64,000 nucleotides of DNA from an uncultured Candidatus Saccharibacteria bacterium (GTDB taxonomy: Bacteria; Patescibacteriota; Minisyncoccia; Phycocordibacterales; SBAW01): contig CAZYUH010000001.1 of the NCBI GenBank assembly GCA_964650645.1, positions 283,032 through 347,031 on the forward strand, given 5' to 3'. Positions 31,598 through 45,272 of the stretch are shown piece by piece. Position numbers and translations under genes: made by a program. Each line of letters opens with the position of its first letter. Positions within the stretch are counted from its first letter, which is position 1. The notes beneath the pieces are model-generated. The model was not told the DNA's origin. It saw only the letters and a list, made by a program, of their open reading frames with translations, and did not search any database.

Positions 31598-32026
31598 ATG
31601 CGCATACCTATAAAGCGGTTCGACGCGGGCCTGGAGCTGCCGCAGTACAAGACGCCGGGCGCGGCGGCGATGGACTGCCCGGTGCGCGAGGGCGGCGTCG
31701 TGCCGCCCAAGGGCCTCCTGTACCTGCCGCTCAACGTCGCGCTCAAGCCGCCGCCCGGGCACTTCGTGCTTATGGCGGCGCGCTCGTCGCTCCATAAGCG
31801 CGGGCTCATGATGGCCAACAACGTTGCCGTGTTCGACGAGGACTATTCGGGCGACAACGACGAATATAAAATCGTGCTCTACAATTTCACCGACAAGCCG
31901 GTGACTATCGAGAAGGGCGAGCGGCTCTCGCAGATCATCTGCATGCCGTACGACAAAATAGAATGGCAGGAGGTCGCGGCGCTGGGCGCCCCGGACCGCG
32001 GCGGTTACGGCACCACGGGCAAATAA
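31598..32026 (+). CDS. dut: dUTP diphosphatase
   Basis: The dUTPase motifs PGAAAMDC, GHFVLMAARSSL, VFDEDYSGDNDE and a C-terminal GGYGTTGK. Confidence 0.8.
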   Translation: MRIPIKRFDAGLELPQYKTPGAAAMDCPVREGGVVPPKGLLYLPLNVALKPPPGHFVLMAARSSLHKRGLMMANNVAVFDEDYSGDNDEYKIVLYNFTDKPVTIEKGERLSQIICMPYDKIEWQEVAALGAPDRGGYGTTGK

Positions 32027-32031
32027 CAACC

Positions 32032-33291
32032 ATGTACGATTTTATACAACAGCAGGACAAGGAGGCATACGACGCGCTTGCGGGCGAGGAGGCGCGCGAG
32101 GCTGCGGGGCTCGAGCTTATCCCGTCGGAGAATTACGCCTCCAAAGCGGTGCGCGAGGCGCAGGGGAGCATTTTCACCAACAAGTACTCGGAAGGGTATC
32201 CGGGCCGCCGCTACTACGGCGGGCAGGAGTTCGCCGATGCGGTCGAGACGCTCGCACAGGAGCGCGCCAAGAAGCTCTTTGGCGCGAAGTTCGCCAACGT
32301 CCAGCCGCACTCGGGCGCCAACGCCAACATGGCGCTCTACTTTGCTTTGCTTGAGCCGGGCGACACCGTGCTCGGCATGGACTTAAGCCACGGCGGGCAC
32401 CTGACGCATGGCGCGCCGGTGACCGCCGCCGCGAAAGTGTTCAACTTCGTTCGCTACAAGATGAAAGACGCCGAGACCGGCGAGATAGACTACGACGAGC
32501 TGCGCCGCCTCGCGCATGAGCATAACCCCAAGATTATATTGGCGGGCTTCAGCGCGTACTCGCGCGAGCTCGATTACGGGAGGTTCGCCGCCATAGCCAA
32601 GGAGGCCGGCGCGTACGCCGTGGCCGACATCGCGCACATCGCGGGGCTCATCGCGGGCGGGGCGCACAAGAACCCGTTCGAGTACGGGTTCGATGCGATG
32701 ACCTCGACGACGCACAAGACCCTGCGCGGCCCGCGCGGCGGGCTCATTCTCGTACGCGAAAGCGAAGAGATTGCAAAGAAGATAGACAAGGCGGTGTTCC
32801 CGGGCCTGCAGGGCGGGCCGCTCATGCACGCCGTTGCGGCGAAGGCGGTGGCGTTCGGCGAGGCGCTCGCGCCCGGCTTTAAGGACTACGCGGCGCAGAT
32901 TTTAAAGAACGCCAAGGCTATGGAAGAAGTGCTCAAAGCGCGCGGCGTGCGCATGCTCGGCGGCGGCACGTCCAACCATTTGATACTCGCCGACGTAACG
33001 GCATTCAGCATCGGCGGCCGCGAGGCGGAGCGTGTTTTGGATAGCGTCGGCATCACGCTCAACAAGAACATGATTGCGGGCGACGCGCGCAGCCCCGTGG
33101 ACCCCTCCGGCATCCGCTTCGGCACGCCGGCCGTAACCACGCGCGGATTCAAGGAGGCCGAGTGCGCCCGCGTGGCGCATCTCATGCTCGACGCGCTCGA
33201 GAACAGGGAAGACGCGACGAAGCTCGACGCCGTGCGCGCCGAGGTGCGCGCGCTGGCGGAGAAGTTCCCCATACCCGATTCATTCGCCTAA
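32032..33291 (+). CDS. glyA: Serine hydroxymethyltransferase
   Basis: LELIPSENYAS...GYPGRRYYGG, and TTHKTLRGPRGG containing the PLP-binding lysine. Confidence 0.9.
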   Translation: MYDFIQQQDKEAYDALAGEEAREAAGLELIPSENYASKAVREAQGSIFTNKYSEGYPGRRYYGGQEFADAVETLAQERAKKLFGAKFANVQPHSGANANMALYFALLEPGDTVLGMDLSHGGHLTHGAPVTAAAKVFNFVRYKMKDAETGEIDYDELRRLAHEHNPKIILAGFSAYSRELDYGRFAAIAKEAGAYAVADIAHIAGLIAGGAHKNPFEYGFDAMTSTTHKTLRGPRGGLILVRESEEIAKKIDKAVFPGLQGGPLMHAVAAKAVAFGEALAPGFKDYAAQILKNAKAMEEVLKARGVRMLGGGTSNHLILADVTAFSIGGREAERVLDSVGITLNKNMIAGDARSPVDPSGIRFGTPAVTTRGFKEAECARVAHLMLDALENREDATKLDAVRAEVRALAEKFPIPDSFA

Positions 33292-33307
33292 GGGGTACAA
33301 TGAGGCA

Positions 33308-34405
33308 ATGGCCTTCCGTGAGAGCAAAATATTCAAGTGGTGGGAGCGCTACGAGCACCAGCTGGGCATGGGCGCGCTCGCGGTGGGCTTCCTGTTTGAC
33401 CTCATCGTCGCCGACCGGCCCGACAGCATAGGGAACAACCTTTTGCTCCTCGCGTACCTCGTGGCGGCGGGCGCGGTAATCATCCTTCTTAACCGCCGCG
33501 AGATGCGCAGGAAGGAGCGCCAGCACTCGACCGAGCCGTTCTTCCTGCTCCTCCTTCTGCAGTTCTGCTTCGGCGGCCTGGCCAGCAACCTGCTCGTGCT
33601 GTACGGCAGGAGCGGCACGCTGGCCGTCAACGCGCTCTTTTTGGGGCTTCTGGCGGCGCTTTTGTTCGGTAACGAGTTCCTGCGCAGCCGCTACGCGCAG
33701 CTGCGCTTCAATGTCGGCGTGTACTACCTGCTCATCCTGACCTACTGCATCATCGCGGTGCCCGTCTTCCTCACGCATACCGTCAGCACGTGGGTGTTCC
33801 TGCTCAGCGGGCTCATAAGCCTCGGCATCATCGCGGGATTCCTCTTCCTGCTCCTTACCATAGTGTTCCGCAATAAGGAGCCGCAGAAGGTGTTCGGCGT
33901 CGCGGCCATGGTGCTCGGGATATTCCTGACCTTCAACCTGCTGTACTTCCTCAACATCATCCCGCCGGTGCCGCTCTCGCTGAAGGACATCGGTATCTAC
34001 CACTCGCTCTTGAAGAAGAGCGACGGCAACTACACCGGGCTCTACGAGCCGGCGCCGTGGTGGCAGGTCTGGCGCACCACTAACCGCGCCTACACGCTGA
34101 GCGCGGGGGAGAGCGCGTTCTGCTTCTCGTCGGTATTCGCGCCGACCAACCTGAGCGCGCCTATATACCACCGCTGGGAGAAGTACAACGACGCGAAGAA
34201 GGCGTGGGAGACGCAGTCGCTGGTGGCGTTCCCCATTGCGGGCGGGCGGGCCGACGGCTACCGCGGCTACTCGGTCAAGTCGGCGCTCGCGGAGGGCGAG
34301 TGGCGCTGCGATGTGGAGACCAAGAGCGGGGCGCTCATCGGCCGCAGCGTTTTCGAGGTGGTCGCATCGACCTCGGCTCCGGTGCTCAGCCAGAGGACGC
34401 TGTAG
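33308..34405 (+). CDS. Polytopic membrane protein with a C-terminal extracytoplasmic domain, hypothetical
   Basis: A 365-aa ORF with about 8 TM helices followed by a soluble region of roughly 120 aa. Confidence 0.5.
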   Translation: MAFRESKIFKWWERYEHQLGMGALAVGFLFDLIVADRPDSIGNNLLLLAYLVAAGAVIILLNRREMRRKERQHSTEPFFLLLLLQFCFGGLASNLLVLYGRSGTLAVNALFLGLLAALLFGNEFLRSRYAQLRFNVGVYYLLILTYCIIAVPVFLTHTVSTWVFLLSGLISLGIIAGFLFLLLTIVFRNKEPQKVFGVAAMVLGIFLTFNLLYFLNIIPPVPLSLKDIGIYHSLLKKSDGNYTGLYEPAPWWQVWRTTNRAYTLSAGESAFCFSSVFAPTNLSAPIYHRWEKYNDAKKAWETQSLVAFPIAGGRADGYRGYSVKSALAEGEWRCDVETKSGALIGRSVFEVVASTSAPVLSQRTL

Positions 34406-34446
34406 GAGCTTTGTTCTAACAGCGGCAGGTGCTAGATTAGGCGTAC

Positions 34447-36054
34447 ATGAAAGAGAGGATTGAACAGGCGGTGCGCGACGCGCTGAAGGGTCTCGGGGTC
34501 GAGGCGCCTTTCGCCGTAGAGCGCCCGCGCGCTATGGAGCACGGCGACTATTCGACCAATGCCGCGCTGGTCGGCAAGCTCGACGCGCAGGCGCTCGCGG
34601 ACAAGCTTTCAATAGACGGCGTCGAGAAGGTCGAGGTTGTGGGGAAGTTCATAAACTTCTTCCTGTCGCGCGAGGCGCTGGTGCCGCGCGAGGAAGGAAT
34701 CCCGCAGCTCTATGCCGGCAAGCAGGCGCTAATCGAGTACACGAGCCCCAATCTCTTCAAGCCGCTCCATATAGGGAACCTGGTGGGGAATATTTTGGGC
34801 GAATCGGTCGCGCGGCTGTACGCCGCCGCCGGCGCGGACGTGAAGAGGATAAACTACCCGTCCGATATCGGGCTCACCGTCGCCAAGGGCGTGTGGGGGC
34901 TCGCGACGCTCGGCCTTGATCCGGCGCGCATCAATGACCTGGGGAAGGCGTACGTCGCGGGCAATGCCGCGTACGAGGACGGCTCGGCCAAGGCGGAGAT
35001 TGAGGAGATAAACCGCGCGCTCTACGCGGATTCGAACCCCGAATGGAGCCGCCTGCGCGAGGCCGGCGTCGAAACGTCGCGCAGGCACCTGGACGAGCTG
35101 TGCAGGAAGCTCGGTACCGAGTTCGATGCGGAATTCTTCGAGAGCGAGGCCGCGCCCATAGGCAAGGAGCTGGTGCTCGCGCATATGGGCGCGGTATTCG
35201 AGGAAAGCGACGGCGCCACCGTGTACAAGGGCGAGCGGGACGGCCTGCATACGCGCGTGTTCCTCAATTCGCAGGGCCTGCCCACCTACGAGGCGAAGGA
35301 CCTCGGCCTGTTCGCGCTCAAGCTGAAAGCGTATCCTGATTTCGATATCACCGTCACTGACACGGGCTCCGAGCAGAAGGAGTACTTCAAGGTGCTGTAC
35401 GCGGCGGCGCGCCGCGTGTTTCCCGAGGCGGCGGGCAAGACGCTCCTGCATAGCGCGCACGGATTCCTCCGGCTGACCACCGGCAAGATGTCCTCGAGGC
35501 TCGGGAACGTAATAACCGGCGAGTCGCTGATAGAAGGGCTGGTGGCGGCGTCAAAGGAGAAGATGCGGGGCCGCGCGCTGGACGGCGTCGATGCGGTCGC
35601 CGAGGCGGTCGCGGTGGGCGCGATCAAGTACGCGGTACTCAAGCAGGGAAGCGGGCGCGACATCGTGTTCGACCCGGAGAAGTCGCTTTCGCTCGAGGGC
35701 GACAGCGGGCCCTATCTCCAGTACTCGCGGGTGCGCGCGCTGTCCCTCCTTAAAAAAGCGAAAGAGGCGGGCATAAGCGCGGGCACGGACGACGCGCCCG
35801 CGCAGGCGTCCGTCCTTGAGAGGACGCTCCTGCACTACCCCGCGGCGCTCGAGCGCGCCGCGCGCGAGCTGGAGCCGCACTACGTTACCACGTACCTGAC
35901 CGAGCTCGCGGGCGCGTTCAACTCCTGGTACGCGACCGAGCGCATCATCGGGGGCGCTTCTCCGCGCTACGGCGTGCTCCTGGCACAGGCGTTCGAAAGA
36001 ACGATGGCGCAGGGCCTTCACGCGCTGGGCATCCCGGCGCCCGAAGAGATGTAG
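34447..36054 (+). CDS. argS: Arginyl-tRNA synthetase
   Basis: A class I HIGH variant (PLHIGNLVGN), the KMSSRLGN (KMSKS) motif, an ArgRS-like N-terminal add-on domain, and a length of 535 aa. Confidence 0.85.
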   Translation: MKERIEQAVRDALKGLGVEAPFAVERPRAMEHGDYSTNAALVGKLDAQALADKLSIDGVEKVEVVGKFINFFLSREALVPREEGIPQLYAGKQALIEYTSPNLFKPLHIGNLVGNILGESVARLYAAAGADVKRINYPSDIGLTVAKGVWGLATLGLDPARINDLGKAYVAGNAAYEDGSAKAEIEEINRALYADSNPEWSRLREAGVETSRRHLDELCRKLGTEFDAEFFESEAAPIGKELVLAHMGAVFEESDGATVYKGERDGLHTRVFLNSQGLPTYEAKDLGLFALKLKAYPDFDITVTDTGSEQKEYFKVLYAAARRVFPEAAGKTLLHSAHGFLRLTTGKMSSRLGNVITGESLIEGLVAASKEKMRGRALDGVDAVAEAVAVGAIKYAVLKQGSGRDIVFDPEKSLSLEGDSGPYLQYSRVRALSLLKKAKEAGISAGTDDAPAQASVLERTLLHYPAALERAARELEPHYVTTYLTELAGAFNSWYATERIIGGASPRYGVLLAQAFERTMAQGLHALGIPAPEEM

Positions 36055-36096
36055 CCCGTTTTTCCTTTTGGCCGCAAAACGGCTATAGTTAAGGGC

Positions 36097-39553
<3,457 letters not shown>

Positions 39554-39561
<8 letters not shown>

Positions 39562-40132
39562 GATTTTCGTTACCGACGGCATAGTCTTGAGCAAGCGCGG
39601 GGTGGGGGAGGCGCACACGCTCGCCTCTGTCCTTACCTACGAGCTGGGGCTGGTGCGCGTCAAGGCGACCAGCGCGCGTGCCGAGGCGTCCAAGCTGCGC
39701 TACGGGCTCGAGCCCCTGAGCCTCGGGCGCTATGCCATGGTGCGCGGCAAAGCCGAGTGGAAGCTGACCGGCGCCGAGGATGTGTCGCACGAGCTCGCGC
39801 ACGGCGCCCACGGGAACCGCACGCGCTCAGGGAAGATTGCCCGGCTCCTCTTGCGGCTCATCCACGGCGAGGAGCGCGTGCCCGCCTTGTACAAGACGGT
39901 CGTTGAGGGCCTGCGCGCCATGGCGCGCGCGCAGAGCGCGGCCGACGCCGAGGCTGTAGAGACCGTGCTCGTCCTGCGCGTGCTCGCGCACTTGGGCTAC
40001 CTGCCGCGCACGCAGGCGCTCGCGCAGTTCATCGAGGGCGGCTATTCCGTCGAGCTGTCGGCGGAGGCGCTCAAGTCGCGCGCGCTTTTGGTGCGGGCCA
40101 TAAATGAGTCGCTCACGGCGACGGGGCTGTGA
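39554..40132 (+). CDS. recO: DNA repair protein RecO (short form)
   Basis: An N-terminal OB fold (GIVLSKRGVGEAHTLASVLTYELGLVRVKA...). It overlaps the ileS stop codon. Confidence 0.6.
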
Positions 40133-40151
40133 GTGCGATACAATACAACGG

Positions 40152-42077
40152 ATGGCACAGGATAAGGGCGGGGTAGAGCACCTCAAGGACAAGCTCTACT
40201 CGCGCAAGCACCAGGGCCCCATACAGGACATGCGCTCGACGCTCAGCCGGGGCGGCGCGGACGTTCCGGTCGCTTGGGAAGCGCCGCCTCCGCCCCCGCG
40301 CGCGCCGGAAGGCCCGCGGCAATTCGAAGGCGGCATGGATACCTCGAAGCAAAAGAAGGGCATGGCGTTCTCGACCAAGTTCTTCATCGCCTCCATGCTG
40401 TTCTTCGTCGCGGCGGCGGGCGCGGCGGCCTACTATTTCGTCGGCGGAGGCAATTTCGTGTCGCCCAACAACATAGACTTGCAGATAGTCGCGCCCTCGC
40501 TCGCGGACGGCGGCTCGCAGGTCGATTTCCAGATACTCGCGACCAACCGCAATTCCTCGCCGCTCATCCTCAGCGACCTCGTCATAACCTATCCCGCGGG
40601 CACGCGCGACCCCAAGGACCCGCAGAAGCCCCTGCAGACCGAGCGCCAGTCGGTGGGCACCATAGCGCCGGGCCAGGCCATTAAGCGCACGTCCTCGGCC
40701 ATACTGTACGGGCAGGAAGGCGGCGTGCAAAAAGTGCATGTGGCGCTCGAGTACTCGCTTGAAGGCTCCAACGCGGTGTTCGTGCGCGAGAGCGACGTGG
40801 AGCTCACGCTCGGCTCCTCGCCAGTGTCCGTCACGGTCGCCGCTCCCGAAACCGCCGCATCGGGGCAGTCCTTCACGATGGACGTGACCGTGCGGAGCAA
40901 TTCGCAGGAAACGGTCGACGACGTGGCGCTTGAGGCGCAGTACCCCTTCGGGTTCACGGTGCAGTCCGCGAGCCCTGCGGCCGACTCGGGGCAGAAGCTC
41001 TGGCACTTGGGGTCCTTGAAGCCCGGCGCCTCGACCGTGGTGCGCATAACCGGCGCGATAGACGGCCAGGACGGCGACCAGCGCATATTCAGGTTCCTGA
41101 CCGGCTCGGAGCCCGACCGCACGGCGGCGCACATAAAGATTCCGTTCATCAATACGCCGACCGCCATAACGGTAAGCAGGCCGTTCGTGTCGGCCCAGCT
41201 CGCCGTGGCGGGGAAGACCGGCAGCTCGGTCTCGGTGAGCCCTGGCCAGAACATACAAGGCACCGTCAGCTGGAAGAACAACCTCAGCGATTCGGTGTCA
41301 AACATAGAGGTGTCGCTCAAGCTCGACGGCCCCGCGCTCGATACGCAGTCGGTGCAGAGCCCCAACGGCTTCTACCAGTCCTCCGACAGCACGATAACGT
41401 GGACGAGCGCGCAGGACCCGTCCCTGGCGCAGGTGGCGCCGGGCGCGACGGGGAACCTGTCGTTCAGTTTCGCCACCCTGCCGCCCGGCACCGGGGGCAT
41501 CGTGTACACGAACCCCAAGGTAACGCTGACGCTCAATGTTAAGGGAACGCGTGGGAGCGACCAGTCGCCCGAGTCGGTGTCGGCGCTCACGACGACCGAC
41601 GTAGTAGTGGGCTCCCTACTGTCGCTCGAGGCGCAGTCGCGCTTCGGCGGCGGCCCGTACCAGAATTCGGGACCGACGCCACCGCGCGCCGAACAGCCCA
41701 CCACGTACACGGTGGCGTGGACCGCGAAGAACTCCTCTAATGCGATAGCCAACGCGCAGGTGTCGGCGGTACTGCCCCCGTACGTTTCCTACAAGACGGG
41801 CCAGGCGGGCGTTGCGTACGACGCGCCCAGCCGCACGGTGCGCTGGAGCCTGGGCGAGCTGAAGGCCGGCACGGGCTACACCACCGCGGCCCAGACCGCC
41901 GCCTTCCAGGTAACGCTCAATCCTTCCGTAAGCCAGGTAGGGCAGGCGCCCGCGCTTACCGGCACTGCCGAGCTGTCGGGCACTGACCGCTTCGCGCAGA
42001 TACAAGTGAGCGCCCAGGCGCAGGCGCCCACCACGCAGACCGCCGACGGCCAAAACGGCGTCGTGCAGGGCAAGTAG
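40152..42077 (+). CDS. Membrane-anchored large extracytoplasmic repeat protein (DUF11/CARDB-like beta-rich domains), hypothetical
   Basis: An 80-aa cytoplasmic N-terminus, one TM helix (FFIASMLFFVAAAGAAAYYFV), then about 550 aa of repetitive Ser/Thr/Gly/Val-rich beta-domain sequence. Confidence 0.5.
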   Translation: MAQDKGGVEHLKDKLYSRKHQGPIQDMRSTLSRGGADVPVAWEAPPPPPRAPEGPRQFEGGMDTSKQKKGMAFSTKFFIASMLFFVAAAGAAAYYFVGGGNFVSPNNIDLQIVAPSLADGGSQVDFQILATNRNSSPLILSDLVITYPAGTRDPKDPQKPLQTERQSVGTIAPGQAIKRTSSAILYGQEGGVQKVHVALEYSLEGSNAVFVRESDVELTLGSSPVSVTVAAPETAASGQSFTMDVTVRSNSQETVDDVALEAQYPFGFTVQSASPAADSGQKLWHLGSLKPGASTVVRITGAIDGQDGDQRIFRFLTGSEPDRTAAHIKIPFINTPTAITVSRPFVSAQLAVAGKTGSSVSVSPGQNIQGTVSWKNNLSDSVSNIEVSLKLDGPALDTQSVQSPNGFYQSSDSTITWTSAQDPSLAQVAPGATGNLSFSFATLPPGTGGIVYTNPKVTLTLNVKGTRGSDQSPESVSALTTTDVVVGSLLSLEAQSRFGGGPYQNSGPTPPRAEQPTTYTVAWTAKNSSNAIANAQVSAVLPPYVSYKTGQAGVAYDAPSRTVRWSLGELKAGTGYTTAAQTAAFQVTLNPSVSQVGQAPALTGTAELSGTDRFAQIQVSAQAQAPTTQTADGQNGVVQGK

Positions 42078-42112
42078 TTTTAATCGCCGCCGTGCGCTAT
42101 ATTGGGGAGGTT

Positions 42113-43510
42113 ATGGCAGGCCAAGACGCAATGGAGAAAGTCGTGTCGCTCGCCAAGCGGCGCGGCTTCGTGTACCAAGGGTCCGAGATTTACGGCGGCC
42201 TGGCCGGCACCTGGGACTACGGCCCTTTGGGCGTGGCGCTCAAGAAGAACATCGAGAACCTCTGGTGGAGGATGTTCGTCGAGAGCCGCGACGACATGTA
42301 CGGGCTCGACTCGGCCCTGCTCATGAATCCGAAGGTGTGGGAGGCATCGGGCCACGTGGGCGGCTTCAACGACCCGTTGGTGTCCGATTCAAAGACCAAG
42401 AAGCGCTTCCGCGCCGACCATCTTCTGGAGGAGGCAGGCGAGAACCCGACCGGGCTCTCGCTCGACCAGATGGCCGCGCTCATAAAGGAGAAGGGCATCA
42501 AGAGTCCTGACGGCAACGAGCTTTCCGCCCCCCAGCAGTTCAACATGATGTTCAGGACGTCGGTGGGCTCGGTCGACGGCTCGGACACCACCGTGTACCT
42601 GCGCCCCGAGACGGCGCAGGGCATGTTCGTCAATTTCAAGAACATCATCGACAGCTACCACCCCAAGCTGCCGTTCGGCATCGCGCAGATAGGCCGCAAC
42701 TTCCGCAACGAGATAGCGCCGCGCGACTTCATCTTCCGCGTGCGCGAGCTCGAGATAATGGAGCTCGAGTATTTCATAGAGGAGAAGGCGTGGGAGGAGA
42801 AATTCGAGTACTGGCGCAACGAGATGCAGGCGTGGTTCCGGGCGCTCGGCTTCGAGGCGGGGGACATACAGGAGGTGGAGATACCGGACGGCGAGCGCGC
42901 GCACTACTCCAAGCGCACGGTGGACTTCCATTTCCGCTACCCGCACAAGTTCGACGAGATAGGCGGGCTGGCGTACCGCACCGACTTCGACCTCAAGAAC
43001 CATATCGAGCACAGCGGCGCCGACCTGTCGTACCTCGATTCCGCCACCAATGAGCGCGTCGTGCCGCACGTGCTTGAGCCCACCTTCGGCTTGGGCCGCC
43101 ACCTCTTGGCGGTCATGACCAAGGCGTATACGGAAGACGAGCTCGGCGGCGAGGCGCGCGTCGTCATGAAGTTCCCGCCGCACCTGGCGCCCGTCAAGGC
43201 CGCGGTATTCCCGCTTTTGAAGAACAAGCCCGAGCTGGTGGGGAAGGCGCGCGAGGTGTACGCGGCGCTCAAGAAGGAGATTCCGCAGATAGTCTGGGAC
43301 GACAACGGCAACATCGGCAAGCGCTACCGCAGGCAGGACGAGATAGGCACGCCGTACTGCATTACGGTGGACTTCGATACGCTGGGCGAGAATCCGGAGC
43401 ATGCGGACACGGTGACCGTGCGCGACCGCGACACGGGCGGGCAGTCGCGTATGAGCATCGGCAGTCTTGCGGGCTTTTTGAGGGAAAAGATAAAAATGCC
43501 GCTTGCGTAG
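42113..43510 (+). CDS. glyQS: Glycyl-tRNA synthetase, alpha2 homodimeric (archaeal/eukaryote-like) type
   Basis: FVYQGSEIYGGLAGTWDYGPLG, class II motifs, and a C-terminal anticodon-binding domain. The ATG at 42113 has a GGGGAGG SD and is preferred over the GTG at 42092. Confidence 0.85.
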   Translation: MAGQDAMEKVVSLAKRRGFVYQGSEIYGGLAGTWDYGPLGVALKKNIENLWWRMFVESRDDMYGLDSALLMNPKVWEASGHVGGFNDPLVSDSKTKKRFRADHLLEEAGENPTGLSLDQMAALIKEKGIKSPDGNELSAPQQFNMMFRTSVGSVDGSDTTVYLRPETAQGMFVNFKNIIDSYHPKLPFGIAQIGRNFRNEIAPRDFIFRVRELEIMELEYFIEEKAWEEKFEYWRNEMQAWFRALGFEAGDIQEVEIPDGERAHYSKRTVDFHFRYPHKFDEIGGLAYRTDFDLKNHIEHSGADLSYLDSATNERVVPHVLEPTFGLGRHLLAVMTKAYTEDELGGEARVVMKFPPHLAPVKAAVFPLLKNKPELVGKAREVYAALKKEIPQIVWDDNGNIGKRYRRQDEIGTPYCITVDFDTLGENPEHADTVTVRDRDTGGQSRMSIGSLAGFLREKIKMPLA

Positions 43511-43532
43511 CGCGGCGCATGTTCCGGCAATA

Positions 43533-43560
43533 AAAAAGCGGCGGGCCTTGGCCCGCCGCG
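43533..43560. terminator. Bidirectional terminator between glyQS and the convergent hypothetical gene
   Basis: AAAAAAGCGGCGGGCCTTGGCCCGCCGCGTGCTG. Confidence 0.7.
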
Positions 43561-43567
43561 TGCTGCG

Positions 43568-44158
43568 TTATGCGCACTCCTTCATTAGGCTAGTCGTTGC
43601 GATGCTCTTTGAAACGGGGCAGATGCGCATGCGCGCTCCCTGCGCCGTCTCAAATTCGACATAGGGCTTGATGCCCGCGCCGTTGCTGCCGTCGCCCCAG
43701 GCGCGGTACGCCGCGCTGATAGCCTCTTTTTCGAGCAGCTTCCTGGCTTCTGAAAGGTACCCCAGAAGCCTCCTGCCCCTGTCGCTCAGCACGCATTTGC
43801 GCTCGTCGAACTGGTAGATGCCGTCGTGGCCTCTGGCGCCGCATTCGACGAGCCGGTCGTCCACGGCCAGCCTGGCCAGGGTCGGGTCGACCTCGTAATA
43901 CCCCAAGGGGTCCTCTCCTTCGACCGCGCCGTGCAGGCGCACTTCCACTTCGGGCCGCGGCTTCCTTGCCCACAGGCACCGCGTGGCGTGCGGGCGGAAG
44001 TCGCCCTCTTCCTTCGGCTTCAGCAGAGCGAGCAGTTCGTAGAGGTCTGATACAGGCTCCTCATTCTCCCAATGGGTAGAATGGTCGCGTCGGCGTCTAG
44101 TCACTTGAAACCCTTTCTTTGCTGGTACGGTCCGTACCGAGGATACCACCCGCACCAT
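43568..44158 (-). CDS. Hypothetical protein (start uncertain)
   Basis: A 196-aa ORF with no recognised motifs. Its ATG shares the CATG tetranucleotide with the divergent AI-2E gene's start. Confidence 0.35.
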   Translation of the reverse strand: MVRVVSSVRTVPAKKGFQVTRRRRDHSTHWENEEPVSDLYELLALLKPKEEGDFRPHATRCLWARKPRPEVEVRLHGAVEGEDPLGYYEVDPTLARLAVDDRLVECGARGHDGIYQFDERKCVLSDRGRRLLGYLSEARKLLEKEAISAAYRAWGDGSNGAGIKPYVEFETAQGARMRICPVSKSIATTSLMKECA

Positions 44159-45260
44159 GAAGAGTGCAATATGCTACAGTAGTGCCATGGACGGAACGAA
44201 GGGCGTCAGCGTGCACATCACTGCCGGAAGCATCGTCACGGTCTTCCTGTTCGGCGCGCTGGCCGCGCTTTTGTGGTTCCTGCGCGACATCGTGCTCATC
44301 GTGCTGACCTCCGTCGTCATCGCTTCGGCCATAGAGCCGGGGGTCCATTTCTTCCGCCGCTACGGGATAAACCGCATCTTCAGCGTCATCATCATCTACC
44401 TCTCCGTGGCGGCCGTCTTCTTCAGCATCGTGCTCCTGTTTATCCCGCCGCTCATAAACGACGCGCTGAGCTTCCTCGCGCGGCTCCCGCAGGCGCTGGC
44501 GGGCCTCAGCGTCTCGCAGGCGACCCACGGCCTCCTGCCCGATTTCAGCTTCTCGTTCTCCCCGAACGACGTATGGGGGAGCGTGTCGCAGTCGGTGTCG
44601 TCCGCAACGGGCGGCGTATTCTCGACCCTCTCGGCGTTCTTCGGCGGGGTAACCTCGTTCATACTCATCGTCGTGTTCGCGTTCTATTTCTCGGTGCAGG
44701 AGACGGGCGTCGACGACTTCCTGCGCCTCGTGACCCCGGCCCGGCACCAGGCGTACGTGCTCAACCTGTGGAAGCGCTCGCAGGACAAGATAGGCAAGTG
44801 GATGCAGGGCCAGCTCATACTCGGCGTCATCGTGGGCGTGCTTTTGTACCTCGGACTCACCATTTTGGGCGTGCCCAACGCGCTCCTTTTGGCCGTTCTG
44901 GCGGCGGCCTTCGAGCTCATACCGGTCTTCGGGCAGATACTGGCGGCGGTGCCGGCGGTCGCGCTGGGCTTCGTCGACGGCGGCCTCACGGGCGCCTTCC
45001 TGGTGGCCGGCCTCTACATGGTGGTCCAGCAGTTCGAGGCGCATCTCATCTACCCGGTGGTCGTCAAGAAGGTGGTGGGCGTGCCGCCGCTCATGGTCAT
45101 ACTGTCGCTCATCGTCGGCGCGAAGGTCGCCGGGTTCCTCGGCATACTGCTCTCGGTGCCCATCGCGGGCGCGATACAGGAGTTCGTCAACGACGTGGAC
45201 CGCCGCAAGTCGCGCGAGCTCGCGCGCGAGGGCTTGACCCCGGACGGCGCGCCGAAGTAG
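44157..45260 (+). CDS. AI-2E family transporter (PerM/UPF0118)
   Basis: An 8-TM layout with the conserved PerM features. The start could alternatively be 44187. Confidence 0.7.
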   Translation: MKSAICYSSAMDGTKGVSVHITAGSIVTVFLFGALAALLWFLRDIVLIVLTSVVIASAIEPGVHFFRRYGINRIFSVIIIYLSVAAVFFSIVLLFIPPLINDALSFLARLPQALAGLSVSQATHGLLPDFSFSFSPNDVWGSVSQSVSSATGGVFSTLSAFFGGVTSFILIVVFAFYFSVQETGVDDFLRLVTPARHQAYVLNLWKRSQDKIGKWMQGQLILGVIVGVLLYLGLTILGVPNALLLAVLAAAFELIPVFGQILAAVPAVALGFVDGGLTGAFLVAGLYMVVQQFEAHLIYPVVVKKVVGVPPLMVILSLIVGAKVAGFLGILLSVPIAGAIQEFVNDVDRRKSRELAREGLTPDGAPK

Positions 45261-45272
45261 GGTTAACCGGCT

